Below, piece after piece: positions 21,726-30,635 of a stretch of DNA of 60,907 bases. Under the pieces are notes generated by a model, which had not been told where the DNA came from, made no database searches, and saw only the letters and a program-made list of their open reading frames with translations. The position numbers and the translations under genes are program-made. This DNA comes from Bacteroidia bacterium (GTDB taxonomy: Bacteria > Bacteroidota > Bacteroidia > Bacteroidales > VadinHA17). The stretch's first letter is position 1; each line of letters opens with the position of its first letter. The stretch covers positions 1 to 60,907 of the forward strand of contig JAPLDX010000089.1 of assembly GCA_026391215.1 (NCBI GenBank), read 5' to 3'.

Positions 21726-22301
21726 ATGACAATTTGTGTTTTTGCCTCCTCAAGCAGCAGGATAAATATTGAGTACAATGCGACCGCATCACAATTGGGA
21801 AAACTCCTGGCAAAAGAGGGAATGGATGTAGTCTTCGGCGGAGGAGGTATAGGCCTTATGGGCAAGCTTGCAGATGCTGTCATTGAAAACGGCGGCAGGA
21901 TAACAGGAGTAATACCTTCATTTATGAATGAAGAAGGCTGGGGCCATCACGGGATCAATGAAATGATCATAACTTCTGATATGGGGGAAAGAAAAAGAAA
22001 AATGTTTGCCCTGTCAAATGCTGTTGTTGCTCTGCCAGGCGGTGTCGGGACGCTTGAGGAGCTTACCGAAGCAATCACCCTTAAGCAGCTAAGCCTGTTC
22101 GACGGCTCGATTATCATTCTCAATACACTTGGATTTTATAATTCACTTCTTGACTTCCTTGATAATATGATCGAAAACCATTTTCTCAGAAGTGAGCATA
22201 AAGGCATCTGGGAAACAGTCAATACCCCGGAAGAAGTGATTATTGCTCTTAACAACAAGGACAGGGGCAATGAAGAATGGCGCAGGATAGCAAAGATCTG
22301 A
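21726..22301 (+). CDS. LOG family nucleotide phosphoribohydrolase (TIGR00730)
   Basis: GGG.IGLMG, M.ERK and LPGGVGTLEEL motifs. Confidence 0.92.
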   Translation: MTICVFASSSSRINIEYNATASQLGKLLAKEGMDVVFGGGGIGLMGKLADAVIENGGRITGVIPSFMNEEGWGHHGINEMIITSDMGERKRKMFALSNAVVALPGGVGTLEELTEAITLKQLSLFDGSIIILNTLGFYNSLLDFLDNMIENHFLRSEHKGIWETVNTPEEVIIALNNKDRGNEEWRRIAKI

Positions 22302-22303
22302 TC

Positions 22304-25300
22304 TTACGGGATTTTTGTGCCTATAAACATTATATCGTCGACCTGCTGAAGATCTCCTTTCCAGTCCAGTATCTCCTTCTCAAGCTTAATGCGCTGCTCA
22401 TCAATAGGAAGCATATATATTTCGGCCAATAGTTTCTTGACATTTCCCGATTTATATTTCTTGGAATCAGCCGAACCAAACTGATCTGCATAGCCATCTG
22501 AGGACATATAAATCATATCGCCCGATTTAATTTCGACATGCTGATTTGCAAATGTCTTTTTTGCTTCCATCGATGACATTCCAATTGGGAACCTGTCACC
22601 TTTATGTGTAATTACTTCTCCGTTTCTTACAAGGTACAATGGATTATATGCACCGGCAAACTCGAGAGTGAATTTTTTCCGGTTGAAAGCTATGAGTGTA
22701 AGGTCCATCCCGTCGTTTATTGTCTCTCCCTTCCTCTGCATCAGGGCTTTGACAACCTCAATGTTCAACTGGTCCAGGATTGCGCCGGGTCTGATAATCC
22801 CGTATTCGCGTACAACCTTATTAAGGGAATTATGACCGATGATTGACATGAATGCTCCCGGAACACCATGCCCTGTGCAATCGCAGGCTGCAATGAACTG
22901 GATATCGCCATTGTCGTACATCCAGTAAAAGTCGCCGCTCACAATATCCTTGGGCATATAAAGTACAAATGTATCATGGAATGAATCCTCCATGGGGAGC
23001 ATTGCACGCTGAATGCGTTCTGCGTACCTTATGCTTGCAGTTATATCGCGGTTCTTCTCTTCAATTTCCATGCTTTTCTGAACTACCTCAGCAGTTCTTT
23101 CGGCAACTTTTTGTTCAAGTATTCTTTTTTCTTTAATCAGGTTTTGTTCCCTGATCTTGATATAAGACATTATCCCTATTGCTGCCAGAATTATACATAT
23201 CGCAATAAACCAGGGCGTCTTCCAGAACGGAGGCTTTATAATGAAGGGGAACTCAATAGGATTCTCGTTCCAGTAGCCATAACTGTTTGAAGCTTTTATG
23301 CTGAAAGTATAATGACCCGGAAGTAACGGATAATCTTTCATAGTCTCTTTGGTCGGGCGACCCCAATCCTTATCAAATCCCTTCATCATTACCTTAAATT
23401 TGACTGCATCAGGATCGACCAGGGAGACACTGTAATAGTTGAATAATATATTTTTATCCTTAAAGTTCAGCTTCATGTCCTTTTTCATAATCCTTGGGAC
23501 ATAGTTGACTTCCATGCTGCTAAAATGAATTACAGGTTTTATGTCACTTGGAGGCATTAGTTTTGGATCAAGACGTGTAACCCCGTTGGCAGTTCCAAAC
23601 CATATATTGCCTTTAGTGTCTGTTGTAACTGAATTAGGAAGAGTCTCTATTCCGGGAAAACCATTCCGTTTTGTAAACGAAGCGATAGTGCTGTCGGAAA
23701 AGTTATATCTGTTCAGTCCATAATTAGTACCTATATAAAGGTACTTATCTCCCTGTGGTTGAAGAAGTTTTATATTATCAGATAATAGTCCGCTGCCTTC
23801 GTTTATTACAAGGACAACGGAATCGTTTTTCAATCCCAGCAGGCCGCTTGTTGTTCCAACCCATACCATTTTATCAGGAGTCTGGACTATTGTTTTTGGA
23901 ATATATCCTTCACCTATTCTAATTATTTTGAATTTTCCTGTTGAAGAATCATATTTTGTAAGTCCTGCTTTGTTTTCAGAACCTATCCATGTATTATTAT
24001 CATTGTCACAATATAACGCTGTTATTGATGTACCTGCAAGACCATTCTCCTGTAAATAATATGATACTTCATCAGATGAAGCATCATACATTACCAGCCT
24101 GTCCATATTTCCAATCCAGAGTCTTTCCTTTTTATCAATGGCCAGCGCTGTAATAATGCCATTGTAATGAAGATTCTGATTTATTTTTGTGTCATATATG
24201 AATTTGCCAGATTTAATATCATATCTGAATAATCCGGTACCATCAGTCCCGACCCATACAGTACCCTGCTTATCTGATTTGATGAACCTTATTTTATTCC
24301 CGATCGTATTAATGAACTGAATTTCATTTTTGCTTTTGCCTGAAGGGTCGTAAATTGATAACCCTCCATTCGTTCCAAACCAGTATCTTCCAAGCTCGTC
24401 CTCTTCAACAGCATATACACTTTTTTCCGGAAGGAATTTTTCATTTGACCATGTGACAAAATGATCTCCTTTAAAGATGCTGATTCCGGTGTAATGATCA
24501 GCAATAATCATATTTTTCTCATTGTCTTCGATCATCCAATGGATAGTCGTTGCCGCAAGTCCGTTTGATTCATTATAGACCGTTAATTTGTCGCCGTCAA
24601 ATACTGTTATTCCTCCACCCCAGGTACCTATCCACACTCTCCCAAGGTAGTCTTCAGTAATATAAGATATCCAGTTCTTTGAAAGCCCGTCGCGTATATC
24701 ATATATCTTCATCTTCCGGGAGTCAACATCATATTTGTAGAGTCCGCCGTTATAAGTGCCATACCAGTAATTCCCCTTCTTATCCTGGTACATCACTATG
24801 ACATTGAAGTACTTAGTAAGTCCTTCTGGAAGGAATGTCTCAAAGGCATTTTTCGTTGGATTGAACTTTTTAATGCCTGCAGGGGGAGTTATGCAGTAGA
24901 AATTGTTGTTATTGTCAACGCAGATACTTGAAACCTGGTCGCTCAACCCTTCTTTCCCTCTGTATTGCCTTCCGGAAAGGAGTGTATCGCCATGTGCCGG
25001 GAAATTTGTCAGAATAGCTCCATTGCTTAATGTTATGATCCAGATTTTGCCGTCCTTTTGCCTTATGCCGGAAATGTCCTGGTTGATTGAAATTGTATCG
25101 AATTTTAGTTTTGAGAATTCACCATTGTCAAAAAGGGAGATACCTCCGTTAAGATGGCCAAACCAGATTCTGCCAAGAGTATCTTCTGCAAGACACATAA
25201 CTCCGCCGGCAGCCAATCCGTTCCTGGAAGAAAAATTCTCAAATTTTGAGCCGTTGAATCTTGATACACCACTTTCAGTTCCGAGCCATATCCAGTCATT

Positions 25301-25477
25301 CTTATCCTGCAAGACAGTATAGACTTTAGAAGAGCTTAATCCCTGTTCTACACCGTACTTCTCAAAAAAATATGTCTGCGCAGTTAAGAAACCCAGGGGC
25401 AGCATAAAAAATAAGGTCATCAGGCTTATGTGCCTGATGATCTTATTACTGTAAGACCACAATACTATTTTCATCAA
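22304..25477 (-). CDS. Membrane sensor: two-component-regulator beta-propellers, Y_Y_Y domain, TM helix and SpoIIE/PP2C phosphatase
   Basis: Repeated D..G..W.GT..G blades; PPFWKTPWF TM; PKDIVSGDFYW, DCTGHGVPGA, DGMD, SDGYADQFG and QVDD. Confidence 0.92.
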   Translation of the reverse strand: MMKIVLWSYSNKIIRHISLMTLFFMLPLGFLTAQTYFFEKYGVEQGLSSSKVYTVLQDKNDWIWLGTESGVSRFNGSKFENFSSRNGLAAGGVMCLAEDTLGRIWFGHLNGGISLFDNGEFSKLKFDTISINQDISGIRQKDGKIWIITLSNGAILTNFPAHGDTLLSGRQYRGKEGLSDQVSSICVDNNNNFYCITPPAGIKKFNPTKNAFETFLPEGLTKYFNVIVMYQDKKGNYWYGTYNGGLYKYDVDSRKMKIYDIRDGLSKNWISYITEDYLGRVWIGTWGGGITVFDGDKLTVYNESNGLAATTIHWMIEDNEKNMIIADHYTGISIFKGDHFVTWSNEKFLPEKSVYAVEEDELGRYWFGTNGGLSIYDPSGKSKNEIQFINTIGNKIRFIKSDKQGTVWVGTDGTGLFRYDIKSGKFIYDTKINQNLHYNGIITALAIDKKERLWIGNMDRLVMYDASSDEVSYYLQENGLAGTSITALYCDNDNNTWIGSENKAGLTKYDSSTGKFKIIRIGEGYIPKTIVQTPDKMVWVGTTSGLLGLKNDSVVLVINEGSGLLSDNIKLLQPQGDKYLYIGTNYGLNRYNFSDSTIASFTKRNGFPGIETLPNSVTTDTKGNIWFGTANGVTRLDPKLMPPSDIKPVIHFSSMEVNYVPRIMKKDMKLNFKDKNILFNYYSVSLVDPDAVKFKVMMKGFDKDWGRPTKETMKDYPLLPGHYTFSIKASNSYGYWNENPIEFPFIIKPPFWKTPWFIAICIILAAIGIMSYIKIREQNLIKEKRILEQKVAERTAEVVQKSMEIEEKNRDITASIRYAERIQRAMLPMEDSFHDTFVLYMPKDIVSGDFYWMYDNGDIQFIAACDCTGHGVPGAFMSIIGHNSLNKVVREYGIIRPGAILDQLNIEVVKALMQRKGETINDGMDLTLIAFNRKKFTLEFAGAYNPLYLVRNGEVITHKGDRFPIGMSSMEAKKTFANQHVEIKSGDMIYMSSDGYADQFGSADSKKYKSGNVKKLLAEIYMLPIDEQRIKLEKEILDWKGDLQQVDDIMFIGTKIP

Positions 25478-25479
25478 TG

Positions 25480-27819
25480 TTATCTGGCTATAAAGAAGAA
25501 TGTACCATCCTCATCTTTCAAACCGGTTATTTTACCAAATTTGGGTTTCTGCTGGTTGTTGGTGCCTACTGCAGTAGCCACTTTTGCCACAATATCTTCG
25601 ATCGGAATGCAGGCATTAGGATTATTCTGAAGGGTAGTTGCAAAAGTCTTGGTAAACTGTGAATCATCAACAGCCAGCTCATACCCGGCAGATGAAAAGA
25701 CCTGTGACGATTTAAACTGTGTTGCCTGCCAGTCATCACAGCTTCTCTTCTTCAGATCCGACCTCATTGCCTGATAGAAACTTGGTCCGGACTCACAGGC
25801 ATCAGTAACCACGAGATCATGTGTAAGGTATGACAGATAAGATTCCATGCATCCCCTTAATGTGTTAAGATTAAAGTAGGTGAATTCATCCTCACGCTGG
25901 GCATCAACAGGAATCCAGTAACCGACATCATTTATAAATTTACCATGACCGGCATACCATATAAGCAATGATTTAACCTGGTTTGCCTTAATTAGATCCC
26001 TGAGCTCAATCGAGAAGAATTTCTCCATTTCATTTTTAGTCATATCCTTTTTATGTATGATATTCTGGATCTGGTATGTCGAAAAAGCTCTTATCATTGT
26101 ATTGACGTCCTTCACAGGGCCGTCCAGACTGGCAAAAGTGGAATAATTGGAATTTTCAATAAATACCACCCATGTTTTCCCCATTGGATTGTTTTCTGCA
26201 ATTTCCGCACCCTCCCTGTTGAGCCTGAACTCAGATGTTTGCTTGTTCCCGTAAACATCCTCAGCTTCAACGACGATTTTGTTCTTGTTCAGAATTTCAA
26301 CAGTCGCTGTAAATGTGGGATTCAGGTCTCCTATCGGATAACTGGCAGTCACTCCGTCAATAAATACTGACTTAATTTTGCTTTCGTCAGTTATTTTCCC
26401 CTGAAGGAACAGGGTGGAACTATTATTATCAAGGTAAATCTGCCCGTCATCTGAAGCATAAGGGGCAACTATGGTCACCTGGGGTGGAACTATCTCTGTA
26501 CGTATAAGTGAATAGGTGACAGATTTTTCGTTGTCATAATCATCGCGGGCAACAAGTGTTATCTTATCAAGGCCAGCAATATTGATCTTAGCAAGGAATT
26601 CATACTCACCGCCTTTCTCTAAAGTTGAAACAGCTTCATTATTAATTACTAATGACTTGATTTTGCTCTTGTCCTTTATTTTCCCGGAAATAAGCAGGGA
26701 TGTATTATCTCCCCTGATCTCAACCGTTTCATTGACTGGTGCCGGACTTACAACAGCTATTTCAGGAGGGACAGCTTCCCTGTTCAGCTCATAAAGCCTG
26801 GTCTGTGCATCTTTCAGCATTTTGCGGGCTTCCTGGTTGAATTCCGAAAGAACAGTGATCTTCTTATAATCTTCCATTGCCTTGTCGTAATTCATTATCT
26901 CTTCATACGATTTGGCCCTTGCAAAAAAGGCATCAGGATTTTCCGGATTAATGGAAATATACTTCGAAAAATCATTTATTGCATTGGTATGCTGATTAAA
27001 ATCCTGGTAAGCTTTACCCCTGTAAAGGTAAAAGTCAGAATTATTGGGCTCAATAAGGATATTTTTGGAAAGGTCATTAATAGCGCTCGGGTAATCAAGG
27101 TTTTTCATATAAACCTTGCTTCTCATCATGTAAGCTGCTGTGTTCCTGTCATCATTCTGTAAGATTTCAGTACACTGTGTCATAGCTCCCGCTGCATCAC
27201 CGATCCTTAAAAGCAGGTCAGCAAGAGCAAGTCTTGGATCTGGCAGTTTTTTATCCTTTGCAATGGCTTTTTCAAATTCCTTTTTAGCGAAAAGATCATT
27301 ATTCAGCTTGGTATAAATGATTCCCCTGTAATAATAATTCATGGGAGTTTCTTTTATTATCACAGCAGTATCTGATACTCTCAGCGCCATATCATACTTT
27401 TCCAGGCCAATAAGGGTGATCACTTTTTCGGGATAAATATCGCCATTCCGTTTATCAAGAGAAGAAGCCCGGTTCAGTGATTTGAGCGCTTCCTCAAAAA
27501 CTCCCATTTTGTTGCAAACGGCTCCAAGTCCTATAAGTGCCTCAACACTTTTAGGGGCAAAAACCAGTACCTTTTCAAAATCGGATTTTGCTTCATTATA
27601 TTTAACGAGAGATTTATATGCCATCCCTCTGGCATAATAGTAATCGGGATTCGATGGTTCAATACCTATTGCGCTAGTATATTGAACCAGGGCATCCTCG
27701 TACTTTAAACTCTCAACAAAATCATTTCCTGCCTTGAAAAACTTCTTGCCATTCTGTCCATAAACGCAGATTGTAAATACTGTCATCATGGTCACCAGAA
27801 AAAACATTCGCTTATTCAT
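25480..27819 (-). CDS. Exported TPR-repeat protein with Ig-like domains and C-terminal caspase-like (C14) domain
   Basis: Signal peptide, many TPRs, two beta-rich repeats, and YAGHG plus DACESG His/Cys dyad. ATG at 27819 chosen. Confidence 0.88.
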   Translation of the reverse strand: MNKRMFFLVTMMTVFTICVYGQNGKKFFKAGNDFVESLKYEDALVQYTSAIGIEPSNPDYYYARGMAYKSLVKYNEAKSDFEKVLVFAPKSVEALIGLGAVCNKMGVFEEALKSLNRASSLDKRNGDIYPEKVITLIGLEKYDMALRVSDTAVIIKETPMNYYYRGIIYTKLNNDLFAKKEFEKAIAKDKKLPDPRLALADLLLRIGDAAGAMTQCTEILQNDDRNTAAYMMRSKVYMKNLDYPSAINDLSKNILIEPNNSDFYLYRGKAYQDFNQHTNAINDFSKYISINPENPDAFFARAKSYEEIMNYDKAMEDYKKITVLSEFNQEARKMLKDAQTRLYELNREAVPPEIAVVSPAPVNETVEIRGDNTSLLISGKIKDKSKIKSLVINNEAVSTLEKGGEYEFLAKINIAGLDKITLVARDDYDNEKSVTYSLIRTEIVPPQVTIVAPYASDDGQIYLDNNSSTLFLQGKITDESKIKSVFIDGVTASYPIGDLNPTFTATVEILNKNKIVVEAEDVYGNKQTSEFRLNREGAEIAENNPMGKTWVVFIENSNYSTFASLDGPVKDVNTMIRAFSTYQIQNIIHKKDMTKNEMEKFFSIELRDLIKANQVKSLLIWYAGHGKFINDVGYWIPVDAQREDEFTYFNLNTLRGCMESYLSYLTHDLVVTDACESGPSFYQAMRSDLKKRSCDDWQATQFKSSQVFSSAGYELAVDDSQFTKTFATTLQNNPNACIPIEDIVAKVATAVGTNNQQKPKFGKITGLKDEDGTFFFIAR

Positions 27820-27867
27820 AACTTTATACTTTATAATTACCAAAATTAGAAATATTTTTCGTAATAA

Positions 27868-28941
27868 TCAACCCCTGGGTACATCTGAAACCTTGTCATT
27901 CATAATTACTTCAAGATTACTACTGCTGAATGACAAATTAGCCAGTACCCTTCCTGAAACCACAGGAGCTTTTACTCCTGTTCTAAAAGGCTCCTTTCCT
28001 GTAAATATTCTTGCCTCGTCCCATTTACCTTCTGAAATGAAATGGTTATGAACCACTGCCCCTCCTTCAATAAGGAGTGACTGAATGCCAATATTATAAA
28101 GGTACTCTACGACCTGGGAAGCAGAGTTCCTGTTTTTGTCCAGTTTCACTTTTAATGCATTTTCCAGATCTGCTTCTTCATTGTAAGTAAACACAATATT
28201 TGTGCCATTTGTTCTGAAGACTGCTGAGTCTTCCCTGAGAGTGCCGGAACTGCTGAGTATCAACCTTAACGGATCATCTCCTGCCCAGTACCTTACATTT
28301 AACTTCGGATCATCAGCCCTTACAGTACCTGCTCCGGCCAGAATTGCCTGCTCTTCTGCCCTCCATTTATGTACAAGAACTCTCTCAGGTCTGCCGGTTA
28401 TCCATGTAGCCTTATGTTCAGGTACTTTCTCTCTTTCATGGTCCAGATATCCGTCAGCACTTTGTGCCCATTTCAGAATAATATATGGCCTTTTCTTTTC
28501 ATTGAAAGTAAAAAACCTCCTGTTGATCCACCTGCAATCTTCACCAAGCACATCTGTAACAACCTTACATCCTGCATTTTGAAGAGCCATGATCCCTTTT
28601 CCTGCAACCTTATCACTTGTATCAGTCGTACCAATCACCACTTTCCTTATACCATTAGAAAGGATCAGATCGGTACAGGGAGGAGTCTTGCCGAAGTGTG
28701 AACAGGGCTCCAAACTGACAAATAAAACTGCCTTCTTCAGCAATTCCCTGTTTGCAACAGCATTGATGGCATTTGCCTCAGCATGCGGATCACCGGCCAT
28801 CATGTGATATCCTTCCCCAATAATAATATTATTATGAACGATCACAGCCCCTACAAGCGGATTGGGATAGGTCCTGCCTTCTGCTTTGCCTGCCAGATCG
28901 AGGCATCTTCTCATGAATTTTATGTCATTATTCCGGGGCAT
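27868..28941 (-). CDS. ribD: Riboflavin biosynthesis deaminase/reductase
   Basis: PNPLVGAV, HAE, LEPCSHFGKTPPC and IEGG. Confidence 0.96.
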   Translation of the reverse strand: MPRNNDIKFMRRCLDLAGKAEGRTYPNPLVGAVIVHNNIIIGEGYHMMAGDPHAEANAINAVANRELLKKAVLFVSLEPCSHFGKTPPCTDLILSNGIRKVVIGTTDTSDKVAGKGIMALQNAGCKVVTDVLGEDCRWINRRFFTFNEKKRPYIILKWAQSADGYLDHEREKVPEHKATWITGRPERVLVHKWRAEEQAILAGAGTVRADDPKLNVRYWAGDDPLRLILSSSGTLREDSAVFRTNGTNIVFTYNEEADLENALKVKLDKNRNSASQVVEYLYNIGIQSLLIEGGAVVHNHFISEGKWDEARIFTGKEPFRTGVKAPVVSGRVLANLSFSSSNLEVIMNDKVSDVPRG

Positions 28942-28967
28942 TTCCCTGAAAGTGCTAAATTTGATAT

Positions 28968-29831
28968 ATGGGCAATAATATACGGACTATAAAGGATATA
29001 AAGTCATACCTGGAAAAGGAACTTATCGATATTTACCCGCAATCCGAAATAAATGCCCTGTCCAGTATTATAATAATGACTGTTTTAAAGGTCTCAAGGT
29101 TGCATGTTTTTGCCATGCCGCAGGATCCTGTTACAGGGAAGCATGTAAATGAAATAATAAGTATCTGCAGGGAGCTAAAAAATGGTAAGCCTTTACAATA
29201 TATACTGGGCGAGACCAGCTTTTATAATTGCCGGATAAAGGTAAATCCCGATGTATTGATACCCCGTCCTGAAACCGAAGAGCTTGTTGATCTTATTATA
29301 AGGGAGAACAGAGGTTTCACGGGAACCATACTTGATGCCGGTACCGGATCAGGCTGTATAGCAATTGCCCTGGCCGTTAATCTCCCTGGAACAAAAGTAA
29401 CAGGGACAGATATTAATGAAGGAGCTATAAAAATTTCAAAAGAGAATGCTATTCTCAATAAAGCTAATGTATCATTTTTTACATCCGATATTTTCAATCC
29501 CGATCCCGGATCAATGAATGATATTCAGATTATTGTAAGCAATCCGCCATACATCCGTGAATCAGAAAAGAAGCGCATGTCTAAAAATGTGCTTGATTAT
29601 GAACCACATACAGCCATTTTCGTATCCGATTCTGATCCCCTTGTTTACTATCGCGCAATACTTAAACTGACTGAAACAATACTGATTTACGACGGTAAGA
29701 TTTATTTTGAGATCAATGAAGCAATGGGAGAGCCTATGATTCAGCTTCTTGAAGGATCAGGCTATTCCGGCGTTAAAATTGTAAAGGATATTAACGGGAA
29801 AGAAAGAATTATTAAAGGAAACAAAATTTAG
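28968..29831 (+). CDS. prmC: Release factor glutamine methyltransferase
   Basis: PLQYILG, VLIPRPETEEL, DAGTGSGCIA and SNPPYI. Confidence 0.96.
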   Translation: MGNNIRTIKDIKSYLEKELIDIYPQSEINALSSIIIMTVLKVSRLHVFAMPQDPVTGKHVNEIISICRELKNGKPLQYILGETSFYNCRIKVNPDVLIPRPETEELVDLIIRENRGFTGTILDAGTGSGCIAIALAVNLPGTKVTGTDINEGAIKISKENAILNKANVSFFTSDIFNPDPGSMNDIQIIVSNPPYIRESEKKRMSKNVLDYEPHTAIFVSDSDPLVYYRAILKLTETILIYDGKIYFEINEAMGEPMIQLLEGSGYSGVKIVKDINGKERIIKGNKI

Positions 29832-29832
29832 T

Positions 29833-30297
29833 ATGTCTGAAACGGACCTTTTTAAATCCGCCCTTTCAAGGGCAATGGCTCTCTGCTCAAAACACGAATA
29901 TTGCATCGATGATATCAGGACAAAGCTCCAGGCATGGAAAGTTGGTGATAATGACATTGAAAAGATATTAAGCGCACTCATCAGAGACAACTTTATCAAT
30001 GAAATCCGGTACTCCGAAATCTTTGTAAGGGAGAAGTTCAGATTCAATAAATGGGGTAAAGTCAAGATAACCGCTCACCTCAAATCAAAAAAAATAACTT
30101 TTGAAATAATAAGAAGCTCAATTGATTCCATTGATAATGAGTTATATATTCAGACACTAAAGGATATCCTCTCAGAACACAGGAAGCATATAAAAGCAAA
30201 GAATCAATACGACCTGAAAGGCAAGCTCCTGAGATATGGTCTGTCAAAAGGATTTGAAAGCAATCTGCTGTATGATCTCCTGAATGATCTTGAATAA
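29833..30297 (+). CDS. recX: Regulatory protein RecX
   Basis: FINEIRY...KFRFNKWG.VKI...L pattern; usual position after prmC in Bacteroidota. Confidence 0.9.
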   Translation: MSETDLFKSALSRAMALCSKHEYCIDDIRTKLQAWKVGDNDIEKILSALIRDNFINEIRYSEIFVREKFRFNKWGKVKITAHLKSKKITFEIIRSSIDSIDNELYIQTLKDILSEHRKHIKAKNQYDLKGKLLRYGLSKGFESNLLYDLLNDLE

Positions 30298-30368
30298 AAA
30301 TTCAGCTATTTGGCATATTCTACAGGATGATTAAGCAGGATACGCTGAGTGTCTTTCAGCTTCAGCAA

Positions 30369-30485
30369 TTACCTTATTTTATCAGCTCCAGGGCAGCTAG
30401 CCCTGGGACGAGTTTCAATCCTATCCTGGGCCGCTACTGATGTGAACAGAGTCATGGCAAGCATTGTAATTAATGTTTGTTTCAT
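30369..30485 (-). pseudogene. Short signal-peptide-bearing ORF, probable gene remnant
   Basis: MKQTLITMLAMTLFTSVAAQDRIETRPRASCPGADKIR* translated by hand; not in the ORF track. Confidence 0.35.
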
Positions 30486-30635
30486 TAAGTCATCTTTTAT
30501 ATCTGCTAAATTAATATTTTATGCTAAAGGAACCTTCCGGCCGGACGATAGATTCTTCAAATTCATCAATACATTCTGCCTGTTTACCTATTTTCTTTTT
30601 TATAATATACTACATGCATACTTTTATGCGTTTCC

